The position numbers and the translations under genes are program-made. The notes beneath the pieces were generated by a model. That model ran no database searches, was not told the origin of the DNA, and worked only from the letters and a program-made list of their open reading frames with translations. From positions 9,300,001 through 9,364,000 of the forward strand of contig OZ116706.1 in assembly GCA_964199315.1 (NCBI GenBank): DNA of 64,000 nt, given 5' to 3'. Origin of the DNA: Orbicella franksi (taxonomy: Eukaryota). Positions 49,901 to 63,874 of this stretch are shown piece by piece; position 1 is the stretch's first letter; every line of letters begins with the position of its first letter.

Positions 49901-51720
49901 CTACATATGAAAAAATTGGGCACAGATTTGCTTTGGATTTTTCTTCCCGCTTAAATGTTTCCGGTCAGTTTTGAATCAGAACCACAGTGGCTTTGTCGAG
50001 CAACGCGCAATGCGCGCATGACACACTTTAGACACGGAAGTATCCTTTTTTAGTTTTTCAAGAAATTGCGAGACCAAATTAAATGTTAGTTAGTGTCTAG
50101 AAATGCCTAGGAATGAACATACCAGTGTGTTGCGTGGATTTTTAAGCAACAAAAGATATCCAACGCACGTATTCAGTGCACAGACACTGGGCTAGCCGGC
50201 ACGAAGCGAGGCTGACTAACAATCGTCAACGTATCGCTAAAATGTTTCGCACCATTAAGTGAATTTTAATCAACTGAAGTCATGCATCTAATACCTCACT
50301 TGACTAAAATCAAATGAAATTAGCACCAAATAATTAATGCTCGCACTCGCTATTCAATATTTATGTTAGAATCGACTCAGGGTATTATTCTTTTGATGCC
50401 TGTTATCACCATAGTTACCTTTCCTGAAAGAATATCAAAATACAGTAAAATAGTTCTGGTAACATTTTTTAGACCTTTTTTCACAATCTCGTCATTCTCA
50501 TGCTTTGTTTATATAAAGAAAACACGCTATTACAGTCAATTTCCGAAGTGAGAAAGCAGGCATTAACTCGCTGAGATTTTATATCAAATCACGGTAAAAC
50601 AGCTCACTAATGGGATATTCAACATATGGGCAGCTTCCTTCGCAAAAAGCGACTAATAAAATGAAGAAAAACAAGTCTAAAATTTCCAGTAAACTATCGT
50701 TAAGACGTCATTCCAGGTTATAAAGTTAATCATCTAAATTGATCTTGTAAATCATGCAGTACGGCACTGAATTCAAAGAAATGGGAATTAATTTCCGTCT
50801 TCCACCACGGACCGACAGTGCTTCCAAGATCTCTTTATTAACGGCACCAATTTCTTGAAAAGTGACGTATTAACCAACTTAGTGATCATGAATTCGCATG
50901 AGTCAACTTCCTTATTTTTGTTCCTTTTTCTCATTCACAACATGCGGGCAGGGATTGTTAAGACTGCGACAATTTCGCCTATCTTCTATTCTAAACAAAA
51001 ATGTTACGTGCGTTGCGTCACACATCCTCAAAGGTTCAAGTCACGTAGCATTTATTAAAGTGGTTCCGAAAACGCGTTATGATCCCGGATGATCATAGTT
51101 TCCTATAAAATTGATTACCCTTTTCTCCGTTGTACACTAACAGAAAGCCTCTTCAAGGAGGTCCACAAGGCTGTAATTATGCAGCTATCAATCAGTGTCA
51201 GCCACCGAATTTCTTGAGCAAACGATCGGCATACGAAACCGATGGAGGTGTGTACACAGTGATAAACCTGGTTTAGGCAATATAGTCCGTTGGCTGTTTC
51301 TCTTAAGCACGATTTGCTTAACCCCACTGCTGGAGTTTATGTTCGGAAATGAGCAACGCTTGGAAAGTAAATGAAATAAAGGTTTTCGGCATAGCTGTTT
51401 TGATACCAAAGCTCACACGGATTACCTTTTTAATATCCACATGGTTTTCATGGTGTATATAGTGGTACAGAATAGGTCAGTCGAAGGAAATCGCTTGTTT
51501 CTGTGTTACAATATCTGCGGTTTCACACAAGTACTGTATAGTATTAGACGTATGACAAAGTAAATTTGTAACACGAATTCTGCCAAGGAAGATTCCGGAA
51601 CCTTTGAAGAAAGATTTTGAGAAGCGAGGGTATGATAAAAAAAAAGTACAATCGGATTCCGTGATATTTTCGCCATATACATTCTTCCCTTTCTCTGTTT
51701 ATCAATTGTAACGCAGTTAT

Positions 51721-52046
51721 GAACTCGTTATAGGATTTCAAGTCTGTCTCAACTCCTCTTTATCACTTTAGTCCTGGAGAAAGAAGGAAAGAAGTAAATC
51801 TGCTTACAATGCTTTTCAGCCAAAGCTACGCAATCTGGTTTCATTGTATTAACTGTTCTTAGGACGTAACAAAGCCTCCGTCATTCGGTATTACTTCTAC
51901 TGTTTCGGGAAATGTTTCGTTTTCTCTTCCATTGTTATTCAGTTAAGAACTCGTTATAGGATTTTGAGCCTGTCGTTTTGTCTTAAGTTTGACCATTTTA
52001 CCCGAAGAGAAAGGAAAGAAAGAAGTAAATCTGCTTAGAATGTTTT
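51721..52046 (+). repeat. About 100-bp direct duplication upstream of G4
   Basis: gaactcgttataggattt ... gaaagaagtaaatctgctta.aatg at 51721 and 51947. Confidence 0.7.
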
Positions 52047-52354
52047 AGAAATCAGTTAGTAATCTGCGCGATTGCATTTAGCTGCAGGAAAGGCGGAATT
52101 AAAGTAACTTGCGTCTCGAAATACTATTAAGGAAACAAAACTTCACGATGCAAAACAGCACGGCTGAACATATCCCTCTATCTACTTACTGTCCACTAGC
52201 GCTTCGCTAATTTACAAAGACGGTAAGTCACTAACATACTACTGTCTGCCGCAGATAGCAAAACAAGAAACCACGGAGGGCTTTCACTTGTGATCATTGA
52301 CGGTTTGTGCGGCCCACGGTATCCTGTGTCAACACCTTGTAGCCAACAACAAAG

Positions 52355-52478
52355 ATGGAGTCAGATCTAAGTACTTCGTCATTCTCCATAGACAACATAC
52401 TGAAGCCTGACAAATGTGATTCAAGTCAAGAACCTCGTTCCGCAGATCGGGCTTTAACACTGGCTGAGCGCCTAGCTG
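52355..52478 (+). CDS. DMBX: Dmbx-like gene G4, exon 1 (FSIDNIL...RALTLAERLA)
   Basis: Exact ALTLAERLA Dmbx motif; donor G|GTGAGT. Confidence 0.93.
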
Positions 52479-53194
52479 GTGAGTATCGTATGATGAATTC
52501 ACACTTCGCCAACGACAGCGTCATAGTAGAATTGATAACATCACTAGCGAGCGAAATCTCGTAAAGATAAAATTATGGCCTCAAAATAGCAGAAAAGAGC
52601 GTAACATTCTTTCTTGTTTTTGCCAAGTAATTTACATGATAGGAGTTAGCCGGTGTAAATCGACTAGAAGATACCTCGAGCAATCGCTTTTTTCTCCCAG
52701 AAGAATCAATCTATCACCTTGCAAAACAAAGCACACTCCTTGTAGCTGTCCATAATGCCTGCAAAAGGGATCAAGAGTTTTATGCTTGGAATACCAATTT
52801 GTTTGTATTCTTGATATACTGCACTTACAGCTTCCACTCGCGTCATTATAACAGTATGGTAATCAGTATGAAGAACTTTTGTTTTGAGTTTGAGCCTGAA
52901 AAACTTAAAGATGGCTCGTATCTTAATTTTCTTTCCTAACTGGAGTAATCAGCAGAGTGGTTACAAACTGAATTTTTTAACAAACTTATTATAAACACAG
53001 TAATGGAGGATTCGATTCAAGTACATACATACATATACATGTACTTTTCTGACAAGGCAGGTCTGAATATGGCAGGGTGTGGACCTGCCAATAAAATTGA
53101 TAACATTAAAAGTCTCGAATGTTTGAAACGCATTCCGATTTTGTTCGCGGTAAACAAAGGTTTCTCAAACCGTTGCCTTCGTGATATTCAACTT

Positions 53195-53205
53195 AGATAG
53201 ATAGG

Positions 53206-53256
<51 letters not shown>
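53195..53256. repeat. (AGAT)n microsatellite in G4 intron 1
   Basis: About 15 AGAT units followed by aaactttatt, possibly an antisense LINE tail. Confidence 0.9.
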
Positions 53257-53257
<1 letters not shown>

Positions 53258-53352
53258 AACTTTATTATTAACTTAAATATTTCCACAACAATTTCTGCAA
53301 CCTGCCAGCTTCACCAGAAAACAATTTAACACAACAACGCTTGTCTTCACAG

Positions 53353-53531
53353 ATATAATACTGGAAGTGCATTATGGATCATCGAGAGGCAAGCATCGGC
53401 GAACACGCACTGCCTTCACTCACCAGCAGCTGCAGATATTAGAAAATACATTTTCAAAGACACATTACCCAGATGTTGTGATGAGGGAGCAGCTGGCAGC
53501 CTATATTAACATTCCAGAGTCAAGAATCCAG
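53353..53531 (+). CDS. DMBX: Dmbx-like gene G4, exon 2 (GC donor)
   Basis: Reads [60 protein letters not shown]; donor CAG|GCAAGT. Confidence 0.93.
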
Positions 53532-54357
53532 GCAAGTCGGAAGTCTCTTATTGGAATATTCTTTAGATAGTGGTAATGGACTTATATATACAGTATTATC
53601 AGGAAAGATTTCTCCGTCGAGGTTTATCACGATACCTGAATACTCCTTCTCTCTCGGCTTACCGCGGTACTTAGCAGTGGGAGGTACAAGGGAGGTCGAG
53701 GGAACGAGCCTAGTCTCATACAGCTGTTTCGCCAGTATCGTGGCGAAATACAATTTGCCTTTAGTGGTTCTCTCCACCCGGGTAGCTGCATGTTGCTACC
53801 AATTGAGTCAAAGATGTAAGTATTCTTGAAAATGAATTCAAGGATAAATTGTGTGCTGAGTGAGACAGCTAGCTTGCAAGTACTACGGGACAAACTTCAG
53901 ATTAAGAGCCAAGCCTCGTGCCGAGGGCGCGTAAATCCGCTTTACCCGCCCTGTTTACCCCCTAGATAGAATACTAGTCATCGAAGGTCTGCCAATATTA
54001 TGTCAGATTTCAACAACAATTCGATTAATGACACCAATATACACACCTGTATGGGTGAAGGAAGAGAACCTCCCAATTAATGAGTTGTCAAGGAACATGG
54101 GATTGCAAGGGGGCAGACTCGTACCTCCACAACTCGACTGGGAGTCCTTCGCAATGACCCCTCGAGAACCACGCACTCTTCAAACAACTGATTCAATCGC
54201 CCTTAGCGTCTCTAGACAGTTTACCGACATCTTACCGAATAAAGTAAATGGACATGTGACACCCTTGTTTCGCTCAGACAGCAGATTGTGCAGACAAAGC
54301 ACAGAGTGATTCACATAGAAATCAGTGAAAAATAACTCGGATCATGTTACCTTTTAG

Positions 54358-54696
54358 GTGTGGTTTAAAAACCGAAGAGCCAAATACAGGAAGCAAATGA
54401 AAGACGGAGAAGAGCTAACCACGAGTGAAATTGAAAATAAAGCTTTGGAGCATCACTTCAGTGGCCATGAAGTACCTTGGAGCCCTCAACACTTTTATGC
54501 TGCCAACAGTATACCTTTCAGCCCAGGAAGTGCTATTACACCTCAAAGCAATTTCGCACAGTACTCCTGGTCAGCAGTTCCATTGTATACCTCAAGCCCG
54601 TGCGCATGTCTGCCGTCGTACTCTGATAATCCAAGAAGGTCTTGGCCGTGCACTGCATGTTGCGACAATACGGATGTAAAAAGCCATTTACAATAA
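54358..54696 (+). CDS. DMBX: Dmbx-like gene G4, exon 3 (VWFKNRRAKYRK, K50); 213 aa predicted total
   Basis: Acceptor cttttag|GTG TGG TTT AAA AAC CGA AGA; TAA at 54696; AATAAA at 54940. Confidence 0.95.
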   Translation: MWFKNRRAKYRKQMKDGEELTTSEIENKALEHHFSGHEVPWSPQHFYAANSIPFSPGSAITPQSNFAQYSWSAVPLYTSSPCACLPSYSDNPRRSWPCTACCDNTDVKSHLQ

Positions 54697-57600
54697 CTGG
54701 TCTTCAATTAAATGTGTGTCAATCTGGACTGATGCAATGAAGTAAAGAATCATACTTAATCACGAACTGCAACACCACCAGATTAAATTCTTCTTGTTAT
54801 TGGTAGCTACTAGATTTTACTTTTATAATTGATTTGGCACTTCATCCACTTCAGATTACTCCGAATGGCCACTAAAACATCCCTCCAGACATTCACTTTG
54901 TATTGATACTTATAATCAACCAAATGTAAATGGCTGGATAATAAAAATGTCGGACTGAAGTTTTAAAATTAGAACGAAAACAATTCTCTCATAAATACAA
55001 GGTTCGATAGACTCTATATACTAAAGTTACCGTAACTATTAGACTGTAAAGTGTAAATTCAAAATAAGAAAAAATAATAACTATGCAAATAGTTATGTAT
55101 ATATGTTAAATATGTATACAATAAGGTTCTAAAGTTTGTGACTGTAAAACAATACTGTGTATTAGCTTGGTCAACAGGTCAAAAATTTGTCTTAGAAATA
55201 AAAAATAGAAAAAAAAAATTAAATCTTCCAGTTTTATTTTAAATCAACTTAATGCAACTGGAAGTCTAGTTTGAAGATTACACTGAAATAGATAGTTTGG
55301 GGTTATGAAAGCAGCTATAGAAGATAGACAGTGGACCATCAAACTTGTCAAACTCGGACATGATACCTTCCGTGTATTTCCGGATTAGAAATAAGGTCAA
55401 CCTCGTAAACATTTAATTTCTATCACCTAGCATTTAAGGGTCAGGATGGAGAGGCATTAATTTAAACTGGCAGTGAATGTTTGGACCATTGGTCGCAATT
55501 ATCACCCTGAAGAGTCTGCGTGGGAAGGGTAGCATGACAACTGGCCAGCTGACGCGAATTTCCGGGCCAGGTGCTCCTGCTTATAAATGAAGAATGTTTG
55601 AATTCAAAACACCGACTTGGGCGACTAAATATAAATACCATCTTTGCTTAAGTCAGTCCTAATGCCTTTACCCACGGTTCGCGTGTCAAGTCAAGCGCAA
55701 CATTCCAAAAGCAAAAACTGAATGGCGTAAATATTATTTGTTTCTCGTCCAGTATCTCGAGAGTACTATACCACAAGTACCCAGATCATAACAAAATGGA
55801 TGACAGTACAAGCAACCAATTATCACAATAATAAAAGAACAACAACGATGACGACGAAAACAACAAAAACGGCCATGCTACAAGGGATGGGTTGTGAAGC
55901 CTGATTTCGCAAATTGTATTGGCCCAACATTATATCTGGTTGTCTGAGTTAGGTTAAAAGAAACACATTCAGGACCGCAAAATTACAAGGTTCTTCACAA
56001 TTCTAGTTAAAAAAGATTACGTAATTGACCGGTATATTTACTTAAAGACGAGAATCTTTATGCAATTGTAGATCTAATTAAATAATCTAATCTAAACAGG
56101 ATCACTTTAGACGTTGTTTCTCAGATCCAGAATTTTCTTTTAAAAAAGATAAAATTCAAAGCAGCGTGCATGTTCCTTCAGTCGAGGTGCTTATTGTCAT
56201 AATCTTAGTCTACAAAAGTTAACACCCAACTTGTGGACGCATAAAAAGTTGCCTTACTAGCGAAATATTCGCCCCGGTTCGTTAATAACTTTTTCATGAG
56301 CAATTCTCTTCTTAAAAATTTGGTCCTAGGTTACCTCGAGAAACAGTTAGCGCTTAGTGTTTTTGTCTAGCACTTTTGCACTGATAGAATACACAGGATT
56401 AGCCGGAAGAACGTTTATTTTTAGAGCGCTGAGAAATAAACAAACACAAAGAATTTCCTTCTTAACGCAAATAATCGTGGGAACTAAACTTACGGAAATT
56501 TTGCCTCATAAAGCAAAATAACTCTTTAATTTTCTCATGTCTCGCTAATTAATCTTATTCCACTTTCACCGTGGGAAACGTTAAATTAGGACGACTGCCA
56601 TAATGGGATTGAAAATAGAAGCAGTTCTCGTCAGCATGCCATAAGGAGTATTTTCTTTTGCGTGGTTGAACTGAGCTTGGGTTGGCCACTGCGAATAAAC
56701 CAGATACGATGCACAACTATAATTATTATTGATTCAAAAAGAGCGAGATAGGCACGTGAGCAAAAGGGTTTGGACCGCGAGACCGCTTCACAGACCTAAT
56801 AGATCAGAAATAAAGTTTCACCAGCATGGAGGGAGGAGGTATTACCTCTTTGTAACCTCTTTTTTGAATGATATTCCCCCGCATGACGCCTCCATTGCAA
56901 GTTAGGTCCGTCCAGTCCTGAATACCGAGAATACGAATATGGCCTATTCCACCCAATTCTTTGTCATTAAAGCGCTTTCAAATAGAGGGTGTTGTCTTAT
57001 TTATAGTAGGCATTTTTCTTACCAAAACAGTGTCGGGGTCAGCGGCAGCCCACTACTCAACCATAAGTCAAGTTCCATCCCCTCCCTCTCCCTGTCGCAA
57101 TCTCGGAAGAGCAAAACTACTGAGGAAGCGGGGGCAGCGAGTCTCCATCACGTCGTCCTGTGTACCCCGAGTAGTTCGATCAACGGCGGTTGTCTGGCGA
57201 TCTAATAACATACAGTTGCGGGTCCTTCGAACACGACAGTACTGAACAGAGTTGCATGGCTCTGTCTCGCGTTTTGTGCTTTTTAATTTGTAACTGAAAA
57301 GTCAGCAAAGGATCGCCTTTCCTCAGTGAAATCTTTATTTTGTGCGTCTAACTATATTTCCAATGGTCCATCAACAAACGCTATTGTGAAATCAGTACGG
57401 AGACCACTTATAAGTCACTTATTACTTTCGTTTCACAGAGTAAAAATCATGCGTTTACACTAGAGGAGTATCTGGAAGAAACTCTCCAAATAAGAGGTAT
57501 CCAGAGCAGTTATTCTATTCGATACAGATCTCCTTTGGAATATTTTGAAATCTTTTGTTCAACCTTGGAAATGAAATAGAATATGATAGAACACATTTAC

Positions 57601-60499
57601 TACTGAGCTTAGTACACGAACGGGACCTCTGTACTGCTGAAACTAGGTTGTCCTGCTGCTTAATTACTATTTAACACAATATAACTGACTTTGTGACTTT
57701 CGAATTTGTGACTTACGAATTTCAGAAGTGTGTCCATTCAGTCAAAGCTATGAAAGAGAAGTATATGTGGTAATCGGTTTATTTTTCAATTTCTTTTACT
57801 GGCTACAAAAAGAAAATATTGCCCTTCGGTATTATTTGTCTTACTGTCTTTGTCTCATGGAACTTGTTGCTACATATAGTGTCATAATTTCCCCCACGTA
57901 GTTGACTGTAGCCTCAAAATAAACTGTTTCCTGCTCAAATTAAATTATAATCCATCACAATCCGTGCGATAAGTGGACAGTGGCTTTCCCCATATCCTGA
58001 AGAATTCTAAACATTTTTGATGTGTTGATGACCTTGAGATTTCCTTCCTTATCTTAATTTGTGTTTCGTGTTAAAATTCGCATCTGTCGCATCATTTTAT
58101 AGACGAATAATTTCCAAACGAATACGTAATTTGTTTCAACGGATGACTATCATGATAACTACGAAAGCTCGTTCAGATGATTAGAGTTAATCAACACTCT
58201 TCTGCAGGTTATATTTAGACATGCAAACTTTCTCTGCAATGCCCTTCCTTGCCCGTTCCACTTTATAGCCGTCATCTCCGCTTGTGTGGCTTTATCATAT
58301 TTCTCGTTGTGTAGGGTGTGGTCCTAATATAATCTGTTACTCATCAATGTAACGTTACAGTTTTCCAAGTATATCCCATAAATAACGTTCACCGCCATGG
58401 ATTGTGTTAATTCTTTCATCTCCTACGAACAACTGTGAAAACCTTAACCAACATCGCGCGCGGTGGATTAAAAATTGCCCAGTTGAGTAATGACAGTGCA
58501 TGTTCGTGAAACTCCATAATTCAAATGACCTTGAGAGGATAAAGCAAAAGACATAACAAACACAAGAACTATGATCAGAACTTGTCCTTTCCTTCGTTAA
58601 TGGAAAGTGAAATTCAGATATCAAAGCGATCGGTTCATTGGAAAGGTGTAAAATATAGTTTTCGTTGACATTGCTTCGAGAACAACAACAACAACAAAAA
58701 AAGGCCAGGTTACGGTTTCGGTCACTGAACGTTTCCACTAGCATTCCATATCCTGGGCACAACGTCTTATCACTAAAAGCAGATGTCACACCTTGATAGA
58801 TCATAAGATGAAACAGTCCGTCTTATCCCTCTCAGTGCAACACCAGCGAACAGATCACTTTGTCCGAACGGAAAGAGTAATAGTAGCTATAAAATGATAG
58901 TAAAAGTTTTATGGCTTGAAAATCAAGTCTACGATCGATTTTTACGAGAATTGTCTTCAACTCCTTTACTAAGACGTAGATTGGAGACAGGAGCTCGTAC
59001 CCCGTCATTGATCAGATGGGACGAGAAACGATCAACTACTGGACAGGTCTAGAATGAGATTGAACAAGAAAACTTCAAGACACAATGAAATCGACAGCTT
59101 TAAACATGGCCGTCAAACCTAGCAGTATGATCCCAATCAATCCCATTACGTGCCTGCCACGCCCAATCTGGTTCCTATTTATAATAATCCGATGAATTAA
59201 GGTTGGGCATTCCCAATATATTCTACTCGAAGAACAATAAGAAAATTGTATTCCATTTAGAAAAGGCCCTGATTCTAAAGTAAATAACTTGCTACAATGT
59301 ACACCACAAGAGCGCACAAATGTAAATAGTCCCTTAGACCTAATTCTGTTATTACTTACTAGGTGTTTTCAAAAAATACCTGTTATCTATATCGCAGTAA
59401 AATAGGTATAACGTTTCTAATATCTAAACAAACAGTGGGGTTCAGCTTATCAACTTCAGCTGGCGGTAGTCTTTAACCGACGTTTAATTAAAAGCCATCC
59501 ATTTTGGTGACAGTAATTAAATTATCTTGTCATCGCCAGTAAAAAGCCCATTCATCTTAACAGCAAAGAGAATTTCTATTAACATCAAACACAACAGCAA
59601 TCGTTTGTTTCCCTCCACTAGGGAACTATGGGGCAGTAAAGTTAGTTGCAAGGAAACGTTTCCTGCACGGAAACGTATGAACATGTTAAGCAATTTATGT
59701 TATTAGTTATTTTTCATCGATACAAAGCCCTTGCGAAAATAAAGACGCAAATCCCGTGGCTTACAATCAGAAGTTCAATTTATCACTCTTGACAAACTGA
59801 AGAGGCAATACAAAGCAAAATTTACGTTAACCTCCTTTAAGACTATACATGCAGATGTTAAGGTCCTCGTTAAACAGCTGATTCGTGGTTTGCATAAACA
59901 ACCTGCGCTGATTCGCATGCCTAAGTGATCCCCCTTTTGAGAACCATGCAATACGAGCATCAAGGTAGGGATGAAGGGTCACCGAATTCTTAAGCACGCA
60001 ACCAAATTTTAAAGTTTAAAATGAATTATCTAGCTACTTGTTACAAAATAACACGTTGCATGCTTTAAGGATTACAGAGTATAAGTAAGTCTTGCGAATT
60101 ACCACACTAAGCAATGACAACAATCCGTGAGGTTCTCTAAACACAGTATTCAAATTCCGCTGGATTGGGTGATGTTGATTTGCATCTGATAAGAAAGCGG
60201 GGATTAACGCATGGGATGCGTCCGCATGGAAAGATTGGAATATAAGGGAAATAAATTGACGTGTTGTACTTGAGCATGTAACCAATGTACCATTCTTTCA
60301 AATGACGGAAATCGAGCGGATGGAAGTCCTTTCTGCATTTAGGTGTTCCTAACGCGAGTTATACATGGTTAGTATAAAATGCAGATACCAGATGTTCCTG
60401 TCCCAATTTGGCATGTTCAGTACCTAGTCTTACTGACGCTTCAGTCTCTTTGGAACGCCTTGGAATAAACAGCTTGCGTGTCATCAAAGTATAACAAAC

Positions 60500-60680
60500 A
60501 TGAATCATGCAACACCTTCCAGCCCAGCTGCAGCGTCCGGCAGAGAAAAGAGAATGAGCGAAAAATCGTCCTCTTTTATGATGGAAAATCTGTTGAAGCC
60601 GGATGGGGACAGAGGAGAACAAGAACCGAAAGAGACTCCATCAAAAATAAAAGCCCTTTCTGTGGCGGCCCACCTTGCAG
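60500..60680 (+). CDS. DMBX: Dmbx-like gene G5, exon 1 (FMMENLL...ALSVAAHLA)
   Basis: Divergent eh1 and ALxxAxxLA motifs; phase-1 donor G|GTTTGA. The start could be the later Met (MSEKSSSF). Confidence 0.85.
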
Positions 60681-63600
60681 GTTTGAAGTTTCCTATTTTG
60701 GTAAAATAAGTAATCTTCCACAAATATTGAAAGCCCTTTCTGTACACAAAAGTCCTTCTGAATGCTGCCGATCGATCAAGAAAAAGCCACGAGTACTACC
60801 TTCCCTCTCTTTAAGTGTTATGCCATATTTGCTCCTCGTTTTCATTTCATGTATAGCAACTACTCGTTTATCCAAGGCTATTAGCACATTGATGCTTGAC
60901 TCTTTTCTTTTAAAGTAAAGAGTCACTTAACATTCTGTTTCTCTACGCATCCAACACAATATCGTTAGAAGAATGTTTCATCGCCATATTTCCTTCTTTG
61001 TAAACACTTCTGCTAATTCACTGAATTGGATTACATTGTTTTGAAGTCAAAAAGCCTTTGTTTTCTGTAACATCGGAAAATTTAAATCCTAGCTGCTGAA
61101 CTCACCATGCACTAGCTCGAATGAAACCTTAGTTTGAGACAGCGGACTGTTTGAATTTGTACTCTCGAGGTAAACGTAATTGATTACAGGACATTCCGAT
61201 TTTTCTGCTCCCTGCAATCGTATATTTCCCACTATGGTTAGGGGATCAAAGAAAGCCTTCTTTGATTTCTCGATATTGGGAAATCACATATCAACATAGA
61301 TTATGTCAAACAATTTCAACACCTGAAAAATCTAAGGAAGACGCCACAATGTTCTGGAACCAAGGAGTACACAGTCACGAAGAGTCCTTGCAAAGCACCA
61401 CGAAATATTTCATTCCCACAAACAATTCTCTGAACATTTTCACCCCAAACTCCCTAAGCTGGTCTTCAAAACCTCATTTTATCTTGAGGAGAATTGAAGT
61501 TGCTTGAGAGAAAACAGTATAGTTAGATCACATACGAACCATGAAAAGGCCATGCTGGTTTTGTTTTTTCGCTAAATGGCTGAAACATTCTCTATATGTG
61601 AAACTCCCTGGTATAATCAACCGTCAGTTGCCTGCTTCGCCACAATGACCTGTCGTAGAAAGTGCTACCTCCCAGCAAGACGCAATTAACTTTTAATCCA
61701 TCAGTTGACAAAACGAGCGGAACTGTCGAAAACGAACGGAACTATTTGCTAATAGAGTTTGAAATGTTTAATGCAGAGGCTTTACAAAAGACGTGCAGGT
61801 CTGAGTGTAAAAGACTAATCTGATGTTCTTGCTTTCGCCTTGATATTAAACTAACATGAGAGGATTGTTTGCGGCTTTTTAACCACTGAAAGCAGAAGTG
61901 GGAAATATTATTTTCCCTTTGGATGACAGCCCTGAGTTAATTTTTTTTCAGGGTTCGGGAAATATGTTACGACATCTTGGTTGATGAACAAATTGTGCGG
62001 CATATCTGTGAAAACAGAACTAGGGAAAATTTATCTACGTTAGAATTTGCGGAGAAAACAGTAAACACCATCACTCAGAAAGCAATATTTTTGGTTGTCA
62101 AACATGCATTTATTTGTAGCGATCAAGGCTCTGCTAAGGAGCTAAAATCCGTTTACTGCCGAAGAATGAACATAAAGCGTTCGCGGACGACTGAAACAAA
62201 CAAATAAACAAACGAATGATAGTTGCATATAGATCTCTAAGAACACCTACCCCTACTTTACATGAGACAAAATGTGATTGCAACTAATAACCTTGAATTG
62301 AACTTATGTGACCACAACTATCAATTTTGCAGTTATATCGTGCATGTTTTCAAACGGCTCTTTTCCAACTGGTTCAAGTTTTTCCATCCAACATAGTTAA
62401 ACAGCTACATGTTGCTTCCCTTGTTTGCAGATTATCAAATACTTTCATTGTCATTGTCATTTTAAGAAACGATAATTTTGATAAATTGCATGTTCCACGA
62501 GGAAGCAAGTATAGTTACCCTGCGTAATGCGTGCTATATTTTAGATCCGGCCGTGTATTGCAGGTAATAAATATTTTGTTATAAAAGTGACTGAACAAAC
62601 TATACCACAAACCCTGTCAACATGATCATGGATTTTCTTATCTTCAAGAAAGCATTGTCCCACACCCTGTGACAGAATTTGATTGAAAATGGCAAGATAA
62701 GAGAATATCTAAAATTCCTCCGCAAGACCAAAACTAAAGATGTCAAGGATGAGGCCACCATTTTTGATTGTAGAGCAGTGGGCCAGTGGTAGGACCCTCA
62801 ATGTAAAGACTAACGGACCTGAATGTAGAAACTGATGGTATTATTTAATTTTAAACTGAACTCGCCCTTACGAGTACCTACAGCCTAGCCATGTAGTAGC
62901 GTTAAAATTCTTGATTGCACAAACCTTGATTGTATAGTCTCTGGGCAACTGATTGAACCTTTTTTTTATAACAATGATATGAAATAACGAATCTGTTTTC
63001 GGCAATCAATTTAACGTGACATGTAATTTGGGACAATCAGAAACCCTTGCTGCAGTTATAAAAATAAAGAGATGGGTTATTTCTGAAAGGTGATGCGAAA
63101 ACTGATCCACAACTTAAACAAAATATGGACAGATCGAGCTGTGCTCTTGTGTTCAGGTTTCCTATTTTCACAGTTTAATACAGTGTACCAATTTCTATCC
63201 TGAAATGAGAATGGTCTTTAATTTCATCATAAATTATTTCCTAGTATTCCAGATTCCTGAATAAAATTAAATAGATGCTAGGCAGAAAAAGAAACCTAAC
63301 TCCAACGGGGTTCTTCGTAGTTAACACACTGTTCTCATAAATAATATTTAACGTGAAAACTGGTGATGTGACATATGATTGGCATCACCGCACAACCAAA
63401 CATATGCATACTTAGGGTGCTGGGAAAAAAAACAGCGGATCTGAAAATCCGCATGATTCAAGTATGGCTGCCATTTAAGGATCAGCTTATTCCGACTAAG
63501 CACCAGTGATAAATATTATTACAGCGAAATTCAAGCCTCGACAACAGCATGACGAAAGACACCTGACTTGCCTTCTTGAACGATCTTATTCAATTCTTGT

Positions 63601-63874
63601 ATTATGCATGATTTTATAATTTTCGAGTATATCTGAGAAAGATAACACAATTGATTCAAATTGTTATTTGTCGCCGTTATACAAAAAAAAAACTGCTCTC
63701 TTTTTCCTAAATGATAGCGTTAGGTAATGATAATGAAGAGAAAATCATCAACGAGGGAATATTAACTTGATGTATCACAAAATTGTCAGAGCTAATATTA
63801 GGGCAGTTCACAAGGAAACTTGGTGTTACTAGCTTCAGATTAAAACGACTAATCTGATGTTGTTTCTGTTTCAG

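Noticed and set aside
56939-57245. GC-richer overlapping ORFs between G4 and G5
   Set aside because: Low-complexity translations with no splice or domain support; more likely a repeat.
58355-58804. 149-aa minus-strand ORF
   Set aside because: Composition reflects simple repeats (CCCCC, F-rich); no domain.
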